From a virus (lineage: Duplodnaviria > Caudoviricetes), in IMG/VR virus record IMGVR_UViG_3300045996_001676, positions 1 to 60,793 of that record: DNA of 60,793 nucleotides; one strand, written 5' to 3'. Made by a program: the position numbers and the translations under genes. Numbering within the stretch: the stretch's first letter is position 1; each line of letters begins with the position of its first letter. This document shows, piece by piece, positions 52,074 through 60,793 of this stretch. The notes below the pieces were generated by a model, which saw only the letters and a list, made by a program, of their open reading frames with translations, did not search any database and was not told the DNA's origin.

Positions 52074-52460
52074 TTACCACTTACCCTCTGGGCATTGCTG
52101 GGCGGCCGATGAGAGGCTCCTCCCCTTGCTGCAATCGGGGCACTTGGCGCACTTCACCCGCAATACAACCACCTGCGCCACCTCAAAGCGCCGGATCCCG
52201 CCGTTGTGCTCGCAGGCCTCACATATCGCTTTCCGCTGCGCCGTCACCTCTGGCGCCGCTTGTGGCGAGACGCGCCGCCGCTTCAAGCGATCCGGCGCCG
52301 ACCGCTTTTTCGCCTCGATCCAGGCCGGATGATCCCTATCGAACCAATAGCCGTGGCCTGGATCCTCCCGTGTGATCGCGGGGCGCAGCCGATCCATCCA
52401 CCCCGGAACCGCATCGCACCGCTTCTGAACGCTTTTGTAGCTGGAGAATACTTCATTCAT
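52074..52460 (-). CDS. Cys-rich protein (DUF6171-like C-terminus)
   Basis: 'RKAICEACE...CAKCPDC...CPEGKW'. Confidence 0.65.
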   Translation of the reverse strand: MNEVFSSYKSVQKRCDAVPGWMDRLRPAITREDPGHGYWFDRDHPAWIEAKKRSAPDRLKRRRVSPQAAPEVTAQRKAICEACEHNGGIRRFEVAQVVVLRVKCAKCPDCSKGRSLSSAAQQCPEGKW

Positions 52461-53131
52461 GGGAGAACCGTCTCCACATAGAGCGGGTACGTCTGCATCG
52501 GGAAATCGACTTGATTCGTGCCGAACGGCCAATAGATGCCGGTGACGTTCGACCCGACTTGCCAGCGCCGCCAGGAGGCTCCCGCAACGCCGTAGCTCGC
52601 GCTCGCCCAGTTCAGGCCTACACCCCAATACCGACACCCTCCAGGGCTATCCGTGGTATTGGTCAAATTGACTTGAGACGCCGCGTTTTGCGAGAGCGCC
52701 CCCACCAGACAGATACTCCCGCCCACATCCCCCCAGAACAATCCCACGATGCGCGTCACCTCCACATCGGCCACCGATGGAGAGCACGGGGTGACGTCGA
52801 TCACGCCGAAATCTATCACCTCCGGCGGGATCACGAGGTATTCATCGTCGGTTTCCCCGCTGAATGACGTTTCGCAGGGCGTGCAGTCCTCGCAATCGTC
52901 GTGCTCTATGATGTCGTCGAGCGTGAGCACTTGCATCCCGCCGACGTCGGAAATCGTCTCATCCTCAAAATCGAAATAGAGGCATGTCGCTGGATCATAA
53001 TCCGTCGTGAATGTTCCGGTGACCGATGCCGCCTGGGCGCTGGACATCGCCATTGTCGGGACGATTTCGTCGTTATCGCACCAGCGCGGCCGCCGGTAAT
53101 CGCCTCCGCAGCAACAAGCATTCACCGGCAT
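52457..53131 (-). CDS. Cys-rich tail-tip/accessory protein
   Basis: 224 aa starting 'MPVNACCCGG', with 'CEDCTPC'. Confidence 0.6.
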   Translation of the reverse strand: MPVNACCCGGDYRRPRWCDNDEIVPTMAMSSAQAASVTGTFTTDYDPATCLYFDFEDETISDVGGMQVLTLDDIIEHDDCEDCTPCETSFSGETDDEYLVIPPEVIDFGVIDVTPCSPSVADVEVTRIVGLFWGDVGGSICLVGALSQNAASQVNLTNTTDSPGGCRYWGVGLNWASASYGVAGASWRRWQVGSNVTGIYWPFGTNQVDFPMQTYPLYVETVLP

Positions 53132-53144
53132 TTCCCGCCCCCCT

Positions 53145-53957
53145 TTACGCTTGTGCCGAGTTGGGCGCCGAGAAGATGTATACCAGGGCATCGCCCGCGG
53201 ATGTCGGGATGGAGTAGAGCTGAACGATCGCCCCTACGCCGATCGGCCGGATCATGCAATCCCCTCCGTTGACCGTGCCATCAATATCGGTGATCGTGAC
53301 CCCCGTCGCATGCGTGTACGGTGGGGTGCCGGTGACCTGCTCGAAGCCGTTGACGCTCGGTAAATCAATTCCGTCAGTGACCCACCGCGCCGCCCCCGTA
53401 AGCGCCGAGTTGTACCCGATGATGCGCTGGGTGGTATAGGTGAAGTCCGGGAAGCTCCCGCCCTGCGCTGTGATCCGCGCCAGGATCCCCCGCCCGGATC
53501 CGCCCACAAAAAAATACTGTCGCTTCCCCGTGCCGTTTCCGCCGTCGAACCCCACGACGAGCACGATCTCGCCGGTGGGGACAAGATGCGATTCCCCGAC
53601 GTATTCCGAGAGATTCAGCGCAGGCACGACCAGGGCGAGCCCGGGGATGTCCTCATCATTCACATACCCCAGCTTTTCGGGAGCCGTGTCCGTGAGCACT
53701 TTTTGACGGCGCACCCAATACGTTGAGCCCGTGAAAACAGTAGCACCGTCGGGCGTCGCGATCGTTTTCCCGATCCACACCTCCACGACGCGCCCCTCTG
53801 GGAGCTTCGGGCCGGACAAATTGTTTTGAAGGTGCGCGATCATCGCCTCGATCGCGTTGATCGGCCGATTCAGATCGGAGGCCGATGCCATCCGCTGAGA
53901 CATATTATCGCCGGATCGATAGGGCTTGAGGTTTCCAGGATTCAGCGCGTCTGACAT
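53145..53957 (-). CDS. Tail-tip protein
   Basis: 270 aa, second gene after the tape measure. Confidence 0.6.
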   Translation of the reverse strand: MSDALNPGNLKPYRSGDNMSQRMASASDLNRPINAIEAMIAHLQNNLSGPKLPEGRVVEVWIGKTIATPDGATVFTGSTYWVRRQKVLTDTAPEKLGYVNDEDIPGLALVVPALNLSEYVGESHLVPTGEIVLVVGFDGGNGTGKRQYFFVGGSGRGILARITAQGGSFPDFTYTTQRIIGYNSALTGAARWVTDGIDLPSVNGFEQVTGTPPYTHATGVTITDIDGTVNGGDCMIRPIGVGAIVQLYSIPTSAGDALVYIFSAPNSAQA

Positions 53958-55048
53958 TACAGCTCCCGCAGATCAGGGAGGCCCAGCTCAGAGAATGCCC
54001 GCGGCACAAGCGGGACGGCCGCCATCCATCCATTGCCGTGATTGAGCCCGCTCCCGATCCCCGTCCCCGGGTTGTCGATGTCGGGATATTGGTAATTCGT
54101 GTAGGGATCCTTAATCGTGGCGATTTCCTTCCATCCGCGCTGCCGATATTCCATCTGATAGAGCGTCTCCCACACGCGCAGGCGCTTGGTGGAATCGTCC
54201 GGGCTCACGATCTGGAGCGATCGGAACGAATCGAATTCCCCCGTCATTACGCGCAGGCGCAGGGAGTAAGCCGGATATCCCCAGATCTCCGAGACGTTGG
54301 TCGAGCCGTTGAAATACTTCTGCTTTGCCTGGATGCTTCGGAGCGTCTCCGGCCCCGCGAGCCGCGCGATCTCCCGCGTCCGATAGCCGATCGTGCTCAT
54401 CGACTCCAGGCTCGGCATCTGGACGTATTGACTGCGAACAATCCCGCTTGCGATGTTTGTCGCGAGCGATCCGTCCGCCTCGAAATCGTATAATGGAGTC
54501 GCCGGTTTATAGTAGACCTGCATCGGCTTGCCGTACCCGTACCCGCTGGCCTGATTGGCGTAGCCGTCTCCCACCGTGCCCCATTGAAAGCTGGTATTCG
54601 TGGCAATCGTGGTGCCGTTGACCTGGGCGCCCGCGAGCCACAAATAGACATCATTGTCCGCAGCGTCGGCAATCGCGCCGGTGGAATTGATCCGGATCCC
54701 CAACTCGACATACGTCACATCGACGAAGGCTGAATTCTTGCTCTTGCTGTAATGCATCGCACGCTTGTCGATGCAGTAGAGATAGACAATCGTCGAGGAT
54801 CCGTCGACCACGCGCAGCGTTGTAAGCTTCTGATCTCCGCGCTGCGGGATCGTGTCGCGCCCATCTCGATCGGGGAGCCCCTTCGCGAATTCCAGGGGGA
54901 CCATCGGGTTATTGTTGGCGTTGAAGAAAATATAATCGGCGTCGGTCGTTATGTTGTCGACTTGGTAGCGCTCCGTGAGCACGATCCCGCCGTCACCCTC
55001 CCGGATCACGGTCCCCTCAGTTTCAAGCTTGCAAGTCGCATACGCCAT
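53957..55048 (-). CDS. Distal tail / hub-like protein
   Basis: 363 aa directly after the tape measure; C-terminal 'FSELGLP'. Confidence 0.6.
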   Translation of the reverse strand: MAYATCKLETEGTVIREGDGGIVLTERYQVDNITTDADYIFFNANNNPMVPLEFAKGLPDRDGRDTIPQRGDQKLTTLRVVDGSSTIVYLYCIDKRAMHYSKSKNSAFVDVTYVELGIRINSTGAIADAADNDVYLWLAGAQVNGTTIATNTSFQWGTVGDGYANQASGYGYGKPMQVYYKPATPLYDFEADGSLATNIASGIVRSQYVQMPSLESMSTIGYRTREIARLAGPETLRSIQAKQKYFNGSTNVSEIWGYPAYSLRLRVMTGEFDSFRSLQIVSPDDSTKRLRVWETLYQMEYRQRGWKEIATIKDPYTNYQYPDIDNPGTGIGSGLNHGNGWMAAVPLVPRAFSELGLPDLREL

Positions 55049-55066
55049 TGTCGTACCCTTCGAAAA

Positions 55067-56539
55067 TTACGGGCCCAGCACGGTCGCGCCGAACGAGAAC
55101 GCACGACGCATGAAATTCCCAAGCCCCACCATCGGATCGACAATGTGGCGCAGGTTCGACGGATCCCCGATAATGTCGCGCTGGACGTCAACCGTCCCGG
55201 CCATCGTCCGGCCGCTGTCGGTGATCATCTGGAAGCGCTCGGCCGCGGCACCCGCGAACGCCGTGCGATACATCTGCTTTTTGAGCTCCTCCGGCGTCGA
55301 GTTGAATTCGTGCATGAAATCGCCCCACCGCTTCTCGGTGTCGGCCTCGTGAAACCGCATTTTCGTGGTGAGGTTGGAAACGGTTTCGTTGGTCACCATC
55401 TGCAAGCGCAATTGATCGCTGGCGAATTTGAGCTTGTGATCGGCCGCCTTTTCCTCGATCTCCAGGATCTCCGATTGCGCCTTGAGCGGCCGGAGTGCCT
55501 GTCGCCGCGCCTGGTCGATCTCCTGATTTTTGACGTCGGCGAGCTTCTGGGCGTCTTCCATGAATCCATCGCCGCCCATCGTGCGAGCGAACCCGGCGCG
55601 GCCCAGCGCAGAAGTGTTGGCGATGCGCCCGAAGAACCCCAGTTGCGACTCGGCGTCCGTCGATTGGTATTTCTGGGCCGTCTCATCGATGAGATTCCCC
55701 AGCTCCATTTTGTGACCCTTGAGCCGCGCTTTGTTCGCCGCCAGCTCCAGGAATAAATTACCGTTGGGGAACCCCGCCGCCGCCGCGGATGCCCGCCGCT
55801 GATAATTGGACATGCTCGCCGCCGTCGACGCGCCGAACAGCTCCCGCGAGCGCTGTGCCTCCGCGAGATTGCGCTGGATATCCTCTGGGCTGTTACCCGT
55901 TACCGTGTCGATCAGCTGCATTCCACGGGAGGCGAGAGGCCCAAAAAGCGGGATCGACGAAAGCGCCGCGTGATTGCCCTCATAGGCCTTAATGCCCGCC
56001 TCGATGCGCTGGGCGTCATTGATCGCAAAGCGCATCGATCGCGTTGCCTGAACGGCCGCTTGCCCCAGATCGATCAGAGACTCGGATACCCGCGCCAGAG
56101 AGTAAATCGACAAAAGCGAGCCGTGCCCGCCGGTGGAGAGCCCGACGGGGGTATTCCAGATCCCTCCGCCATGCCCGCGGGGTTGCCGTGGTTGGCGCGG
56201 CTGTTGAGCCGGAGCCGGGAAAGTCCACCCCCCGCCCGGCGTCATACCAGGGCCCGCGCCAGGAGCCGCCCCAGGCCCCCCGCCGCCGCCTCCAGGCCCC
56301 ATACCTACCCCGCCCCCCGTCCAGGCCGGATAACCGCCCCCGCCGCCGCCTGCCTGACTCCCAGGCCGCGCCCAGGCCGCCCCGACGCCCTGCCCCAACG
56401 AGGGCGCGATCACCATGCGACCCGAATCGCGCTGCAGCCGCGCCCGCAGTTTTGAGAGCTGGCCGTCCAACGTTGAATCGTCGACCTCGACAACAACGCG
56501 AATGCCGCCGATAGGCTGAGATGCGCTAAACTGGCTCAT
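55067..56539 (-). CDS. Tape measure protein (short, with Gly/Pro-rich N-terminal insert)
   Basis: 490 aa after the chaperone genes; 'IGGIRVVVEVDDSTLDGQL' TMP-type start; Ala/Gln-rich helices. Confidence 0.7.
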   Translation of the reverse strand: MSQFSASQPIGGIRVVVEVDDSTLDGQLSKLRARLQRDSGRMVIAPSLGQGVGAAWARPGSQAGGGGGGYPAWTGGGVGMGPGGGGGGPGAAPGAGPGMTPGGGWTFPAPAQQPRQPRQPRGHGGGIWNTPVGLSTGGHGSLLSIYSLARVSESLIDLGQAAVQATRSMRFAINDAQRIEAGIKAYEGNHAALSSIPLFGPLASRGMQLIDTVTGNSPEDIQRNLAEAQRSRELFGASTAASMSNYQRRASAAAAGFPNGNLFLELAANKARLKGHKMELGNLIDETAQKYQSTDAESQLGFFGRIANTSALGRAGFARTMGGDGFMEDAQKLADVKNQEIDQARRQALRPLKAQSEILEIEEKAADHKLKFASDQLRLQMVTNETVSNLTTKMRFHEADTEKRWGDFMHEFNSTPEELKKQMYRTAFAGAAAERFQMITDSGRTMAGTVDVQRDIIGDPSNLRHIVDPMVGLGNFMRRAFSFGATVLGP

Positions 56540-56795
56540 TTTAAAATCCGCTCCAGCCTCTCAGAAAACACCCGATCTTGCCGCGTCTCCGCCCGCTCGC
56601 CGCGCTTCCAGTTTTCCAGATCCACGATTGCTCCCAGGTATTTCTCGAACATCTCCGCAGGGAGCTCCATTGGATCGCCGCCTACACCGGCCGCGAGCCC
56701 CGGAAACCAGTGCGCCAGCTTTGCCGCCTCGTAATTCCAGTCCCGATCCTCCCGGATCTCCTGGAGCGACTTTAGGAGGCGGCTTCCGAAGGGCG
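56536..56795 (-). CDS. Tail assembly chaperone -1 frameshift extension (gpGT-like); 5' boundary approximate
   Basis: -1 frame reads ...KSLQEIREDRDWNYEAAKLAHWFPGL...PMELPAEMFEKYL...ERILK* and ends in ATGA overlapping the tape measure start. Confidence 0.7.
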
Positions 56796-57332
56796 GGGGG
56801 CATCGATCCCGTTTTCGTCGTCGAATGCCTCCAGTTTCGCAATCAGCTCGTCACCCTTGAAACCGGCATCGATCAGATCGATCTTTCTCCGCTGGCGACG
56901 GCGCTCAAGCAATTCGGCCCCCTCATCCTTTTCGGTGAGGCGCACGCCGCACAGCTTCGCGGCGAGCTTGAAATCGGAGGCGATCCCGATCACCAGGGCA
57001 TCCAGCGCCGCCGAGTAGCCCTCATCGGTGGGATTCGCCTTGCGCAATGACAGATCAAAGATCTTGGCGCGCCCGTCGATCGAGGAAAGGAACCGGAAAA
57101 ACTCCTGTTCCCCGAACACTGCCTGATCGAATGCGTCGAGCTCATTAATGAACTCTTTCCCCTTGACCCCTCCATCGATGAGATCTTGACGGAATCGCGC
57201 CCGCCATGCATCGCGAACCGGCGACAGGAGCCGGGCGCGATCGGCGGGCGATAGCTTCGCCAGCTTCACGCCGCCGACCTTGAGATCCCTCGCCGTTTCG
57301 TCGGAGATTGGTACGTCGTCCTGAGCTTCCAT
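56772..57332 (-). CDS. Tail assembly chaperone (gpG-like)
   Basis: 186 aa from MEAQDD between tail tube and tape measure; ends ...APRPSEAAS. Confidence 0.7.
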   Translation of the reverse strand: MEAQDDVPISDETARDLKVGGVKLAKLSPADRARLLSPVRDAWRARFRQDLIDGGVKGKEFINELDAFDQAVFGEQEFFRFLSSIDGRAKIFDLSLRKANPTDEGYSAALDALVIGIASDFKLAAKLCGVRLTEKDEGAELLERRRQRRKIDLIDAGFKGDELIAKLEAFDDENGIDAPRPSEAAS

Positions 57333-57368
57333 GGGTTTGCCTCCAAAAAGCACCGGACCCGGCGCCCT

Positions 57369-57770
57369 TTAGGCAACGACCCAGGCCTCGGTAATAGCAC
57401 CTTTATTGAACGCGCGCCCCTGGAAAGGCACGGCCCCCGCCGTCTTTCGATGGGAGACGCGAATCGACTCGATCACAAAATTACCGCTGTAAGAAACGCT
57501 CGTATCGAGCGTGGCCACGACCGCCACCCCCGCGCCCGTGAATGCCGCCATACCGACCGACGTCCCAGCCGCGCCCTTTTCGCAGAAGCCCGAGAAGTCC
57601 AGGGCCCAGGCGCGCACGCCGGATCCCGCGTGGTCCGCGTCCACCGTTTCGTTATAGCCGGTCACATCGTCGACTTGCTGGCGAGCTTCGAGATCGAAGG
57701 AGGCGAAATCGCCGCCGACGCCACCAACCGCGAGCGAACCATTGACCGGAGCGAGCTTTGCACGTGCCAT
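57369..57770 (-). CDS. Major tail tube protein
   Basis: 133 aa; 'FDLEA...DVT......H.GSG...W..DFSG...YSGNFVIESI...VPF......G.IT' tube pattern. Confidence 0.75.
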   Translation of the reverse strand: MARAKLAPVNGSLAVGGVGGDFASFDLEARQQVDDVTGYNETVDADHAGSGVRAWALDFSGFCEKGAAGTSVGMAAFTGAGVAVVATLDTSVSYSGNFVIESIRVSHRKTAGAVPFQGRAFNKGAITEAWVVA

Positions 57771-57775
57771 AGTTT

Positions 57776-58105
57776 TTATCTCCTACGTATATCGTTTAGC
57801 CTTTGCAGTACGCCGAATTCGAAGGCCTCGGAGGGAATCGCCTTGGCATTGGGGGGAGGATTGCACTCCGCCGACGCGTGGATCTCCACAAGCTTCCAGT
57901 TCGCGAAGGCGATCTTGCATTGAGCGATCACATCGTTTTCCGTCTCCGGCCCCCGCATGAATGCTTTTCGAACCTTGCCCTTTTGATCGATGAGCACGAG
58001 ATCCCAGCATTGGCGCTGCACGAGCTCCGCCTGGAGGAGATCCCGCTCGCCCGTGGTGAGGGGGCGATATTGCTTCCCGGCGATCGTGATCATCTCTGCG
58101 GGCAT
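57776..58105 (-). CDS. Hypothetical protein
   Basis: 109 aa from MPAEMI, TAATG coupling. Confidence 0.55.
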   Translation of the reverse strand: MPAEMITIAGKQYRPLTTGERDLLQAELVQRQCWDLVLIDQKGKVRKAFMRGPETENDVIAQCKIAFANWKLVEIHASAECNPPPNAKAIPSEAFEFGVLQRLNDIRRR

Positions 58106-59082
58106 TAGAAAAACTCCATCGAGTAGCGCAGCGCCAGCGTGCAGCGCGTCACATATCGGCCGTCTGGATCCTTCCCGACTTGCTGCTGAAGCATGGGGGG
58201 GGTAACGATGTTGACGTTTGTTACCGCCCCGCCCATCCACTCCGCCAGCCGATTCGCTTTCAGGAACATGAACAAGGCATTGCCGACACTCGCCGCCCGC
58301 TCTCCCCCGCGGTTGGTCCACACGTTAAACGTCACCGTGACATCGCCCAGGGCGTGAGATCCATACGTCGTTTCGCCGTTCCCCGGAATGTCCGAGATCG
58401 TGGCATATTCAAAGACCGGCGTCCGCACCGGCGCCCGCGAGACGCCCCCGGGAAGTAGCGCCATCATCGAGGCATCCGCCTTGATCGCCTCCAGGATCGC
58501 CGGAATCAGATCCAGAGTTGCGATCGTGGTGCGCGGGATCTCCGTATATTCGAAGTCCACCGCACCGGCGCCGCCCGCGCCGTTGCCCAGGGAGCCGAAT
58601 CCGCCGCCGCCACCGGGCTCGCCGCCAGCTTGTCCGACGTCCCCCATCGCGTCGCCGCCGTTGGGCTCGCCGCCGTCGCCGCTGCCAGGAGAGCCCGCGT
58701 CGCCGTCCTCCCCGTCCCCCTGGAGCGTGCCCCGGCCGCCGCCGCCGCCGTAGGTGAGGCCCGTCGCGCCGTTGCCGCCACTGGACGCGAAATCGCCGAC
58801 GCACGAGGCCGCGGCCCCTCCCACCGTCCCCACCGCCCCCGCCGCCTTGACCCGCAGCGTCGATCCCTCATGCACCGAAACATCCACGCCCCCGGTATAC
58901 GTCACCGCAAAGACCGTCCCGGCCGCCACTCTCACGAGGCTTTTCGTTGCCAGCGCGCCGCCGCCTCCACCGCCCAAAACCGTACCCGCCGCCCCCTTGC
59001 CCACTGCTGTAATGAGTAACGTTCCATCGGTGCCGAAAGGCATTGTGAACGACTCGCCCGGTGCCTTGCTTACGGTCACCAT
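58105..59082 (-). CDS. Tail terminator/completion protein fused to an N-terminal glycine-rich domain
   Basis: About 180 Gly-rich residues ('GGGGGGALA', 'PGGGGGFG...GAGGAGAV'), then 'AILEAIKADA...LLPGGV...VTFNVWT' gp17/DUF3168-like domain. Confidence 0.7.
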   Translation of the reverse strand: MVTVSKAPGESFTMPFGTDGTLLITAVGKGAAGTVLGGGGGGALATKSLVRVAAGTVFAVTYTGGVDVSVHEGSTLRVKAAGAVGTVGGAAASCVGDFASSGGNGATGLTYGGGGGRGTLQGDGEDGDAGSPGSGDGGEPNGGDAMGDVGQAGGEPGGGGGFGSLGNGAGGAGAVDFEYTEIPRTTIATLDLIPAILEAIKADASMMALLPGGVSRAPVRTPVFEYATISDIPGNGETTYGSHALGDVTVTFNVWTNRGGERAASVGNALFMFLKANRLAEWMGGAVTNVNIVTPPMLQQQVGKDPDGRYVTRCTLALRYSMEFF

Positions 59083-59544
59083 TTATGCGCCCCTCGAAAT
59101 GATCTGGAGAACCGCCGACGCACACTCCGCCAAGCCCCGCCGGAGAAACGGCCGCGGTGCCACCTCGTGAGGCGGTGCCACCTTGACGATTTTCCCTGTC
59201 TGGAAATCCCAGGCCCAGCCGTCCCAGAAGTGGCCAAACTCCTCATCAGCCGAAAAGTGATGCCCCGGATGGACGTGTTTGTCCACCGCATCCGAGACGA
59301 TCCAGCCGCGCAGAGGATTCGCATCGGCCGCGTATTGCACCGAATCGCGGAGCGTGCCATCCCAGAGATACGGATACTCCCCCGGGGAGCTGGCCACGAA
59401 CGGAACCACGCTCCCGGTATTCTCCGCCAGCCGCATGCGCACGTAGCCGGTGACGTAAAGCGACGCCGAGCGAACGCGCGGCGCCAGGAACGCCCGCAGC
59501 TCCCGCTTAACCTGCGCCCCTCGCCAATGTATCGCGCGACTCAT
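59083..59544 (-). CDS. HK97 gp10-like neck protein
   Basis: 'SSPGEYP...DGTLRDSV', 'EEFG', 'APRPFLRRGL'. Confidence 0.8.
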   Translation of the reverse strand: MSRAIHWRGAQVKRELRAFLAPRVRSASLYVTGYVRMRLAENTGSVVPFVASSPGEYPYLWDGTLRDSVQYAADANPLRGWIVSDAVDKHVHPGHHFSADEEFGHFWDGWAWDFQTGKIVKVAPPHEVAPRPFLRRGLAECASAVLQIISRGA

Positions 59545-59900
59545 AGCGCCTCCCGCGTCTTCATGGCGCGGGCGGTGTGCGAGAACATCCGGCCGCGGCC
59601 CCCCTCATCGTGATTGACCACCTGGAGCACGTACACGCCGCCCTCATCGTCGACGACATGATCCTCTATTTCAGCCGTGAGCCGCTCGCGCGTGTAAATC
59701 GTGTGCGTTTCCATTTCCGCGCGCTGCTCAAATTCGGCCGTTGTGTAGGAGTCGCCCGTCTCCTGGATCGTGCAAGAAATCGCCTCATCGAGTAACCGGC
59801 GGCCCAGCGCCAAGCCGTCCGCGAAATCCTCGACCGGGATCCCCTGCGCGTCGATCGGCGACGGGACGCGATACGTCGAAATTGTGCGATTGAAAATCAC
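59541..59900 (-). CDS. Head closure/stopper protein
   Basis: 119 aa; position and 'CTIQE...THTIY...D.V.D..G.VY' pattern. Confidence 0.65.
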   Translation of the reverse strand: MIFNRTISTYRVPSPIDAQGIPVEDFADGLALGRRLLDEAISCTIQETGDSYTTAEFEQRAEMETHTIYTRERLTAEIEDHVVDDEGGVYVLQVVNHDEGGRGRMFSHTARAMKTREAL

Positions 59901-60214
59901 GGCCTCACCAATGGACGCATGACCACGTTAGGCGCCGACTCCGCGCCGGAGACGTCCGCCATCTGTTGTATCCGCCAGTAGTCCGAGCCGCGCATCTGGT
60001 ATCGAGAATACGAGTACGCGCCCAGACTCTCACTCTGCAAGTGATCCGCCTCCAGCATCAGGAACAGGATCACCAGGGCGCCCGCGCGTGAATCGTTGGC
60101 CTCATCGAGCGCCGCCGTGATCGCGTCCGCGGCCGTCATCGTGATCCCATTGCGAGAGAACGACGCGCCCGCGGGGAGGTTCATCGCAACAAACTGGGCA
60201 TCTGTGAAGGCCAT
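59897..60214 (-). CDS. Head-tail adaptor protein
   Basis: 105 aa; 'LQSESLGAYSYS' gp6/gp15-type motif. Confidence 0.7.
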   Translation of the reverse strand: MAFTDAQFVAMNLPAGASFSRNGITMTAADAITAALDEANDSRAGALVILFLMLEADHLQSESLGAYSYSRYQMRGSDYWRIQQMADVSGAESAPNVVMRPLVRP

Positions 60215-60226
60215 CGCATTCCCCTA

Positions 60227-60262
60227 TAAAAATCGCCCGCGGAGAGATCCGGCGGGCGATTC
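60227..60262 (-). terminator. Putative terminator/attenuator
   Basis: AATCGCCCGC / GCGGGCGATT stem followed on the minus strand by a T-run. Confidence 0.55.
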
Positions 60263-60286
60263 GTTCAACGCGTTAAGTGCTCGCCG

Positions 60287-60685
60287 TTACTGGCCCTGAA
60301 ATCCCATCGGCGTTCCCGTGGTTTCCGGTGCCGCCTTGTTGAGTGTTGCCGCCTTGCCCAGCTCCACGATCTTGCGATCGGCATCGGCCAGCTTTGCCCG
60401 CAGCTCCACGACGTCGTTGCGGAGGTTTTCCGCTTCGGTCGTTTTCCGCCGGAGAAGATCGATCAGGCGATCGGTATCGGTGTCCAAGCCGCCCGCCGGT
60501 GCGCCATACACGCGGGCATCGTTCGCGCGGAGCCGATCGGCGATACTCTTGGCGACGGAAACCTTGCCGCGCGTGTAGATCTTGCCGTCCATCACGTGAT
60601 CGCCCAGGAGCGTAATCTCGATGATCGGATCCTTTGGCGATGGCGCTGCCGTTGCGGCGGGCTGAGTTGGGGTGGGGGGTGGCAT
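60287..60685 (-). CDS. Hypothetical protein downstream of the capsid gene (across the join)
   Basis: 132 aa from MPPPTP, GGAGG RBS, coiled coil. Confidence 0.6.
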   Translation of the reverse strand: MPPPTPTQPAATAAPSPKDPIIEITLLGDHVMDGKIYTRGKVSVAKSIADRLRANDARVYGAPAGGLDTDTDRLIDLLRRKTTEAENLRNDVVELRAKLADADRKIVELGKAATLNKAAPETTGTPMGFQGQ

Positions 60686-60793
60686 AGCATTGCCTCCAGA
60701 AAATGGGTTGAGGGTAAACACTTATCGCCCAGAGGGTTTTTCCCCCTCTGGGCGATCATGTGTCTATCGTCAGACCCTTACAGAATCCCGCGG
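60685..60793. repeat. Terminal direct repeat, copy 2
   Basis: Matches 1-109 at 107/109 positions. Confidence 0.95.

Noticed and set aside
56561-56842. 93-aa minus ORF offered by the ORF track as the chaperone downstream gene
   Set aside because: Low-complexity product in the wrong frame; the -1 frame ending at 56536 is the protein-like one.
1-60793. Apparent abundance of GATC/CGATCG as a HIP1-like signal
   Set aside because: Could not be counted here and is plausibly explained by ATC/GAT codon preference in GC-rich genes; it needs a Markov-corrected k-mer test.

Overview
The window looks like one complete, circularly assembled, GC-rich tailed-phage genome of about 60.7 kb: bases 1-109 recur at 60685-60793 with 2 mismatches. 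The minus strand carries the morphogenesis genes. In order these are ParB-like and methyltransferase-like genes, small and large terminase, a Mu gp29-like portal, a MuF/gp7-like head protein, prohead protease/scaffold, decoration and major capsid proteins. Across the join follow the neck, siphovirus-type tail tube, chaperone (with a -1 frameshift), tape measure, Cys-rich tail-tip proteins, a putative lysis cassette and LamG/beta-helix receptor-binding proteins. The plus strand carries early and middle genes: small hypotheticals, HTH, ASCH, YqaJ exonuclease with a putative annealing partner, replication initiator, DnaB, DNA methylase, SNF2 helicase, nucleases, DUF932-like protein and SMC-like ATPase. 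I could not recognise an integrase, DNA polymerase, canonical endolysin, CRISPR array or canonical tRNA. The most notable observations are: (1) the portal carries a ~360-aa C-terminal extension ending in a PD-(D/E)xK nuclease, preceded by a motif resembling putative prohead-protease sites and followed by a small acidic immunity-like gene; (2) five sigma70 promoters share an 18-bp palindromic operator; (3) a minus-strand late-promoter motif GGGNCTG-N6-CTA(T/G)A occurs together with a truncated phage sigma factor; (4) three structured RNAs have tRNA-like ends, and a pseudoknotted leader precedes the replication gene. All family assignments come from motif recognition by eye, not database searches. 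A Planctomycetota-type host is only a weak guess.
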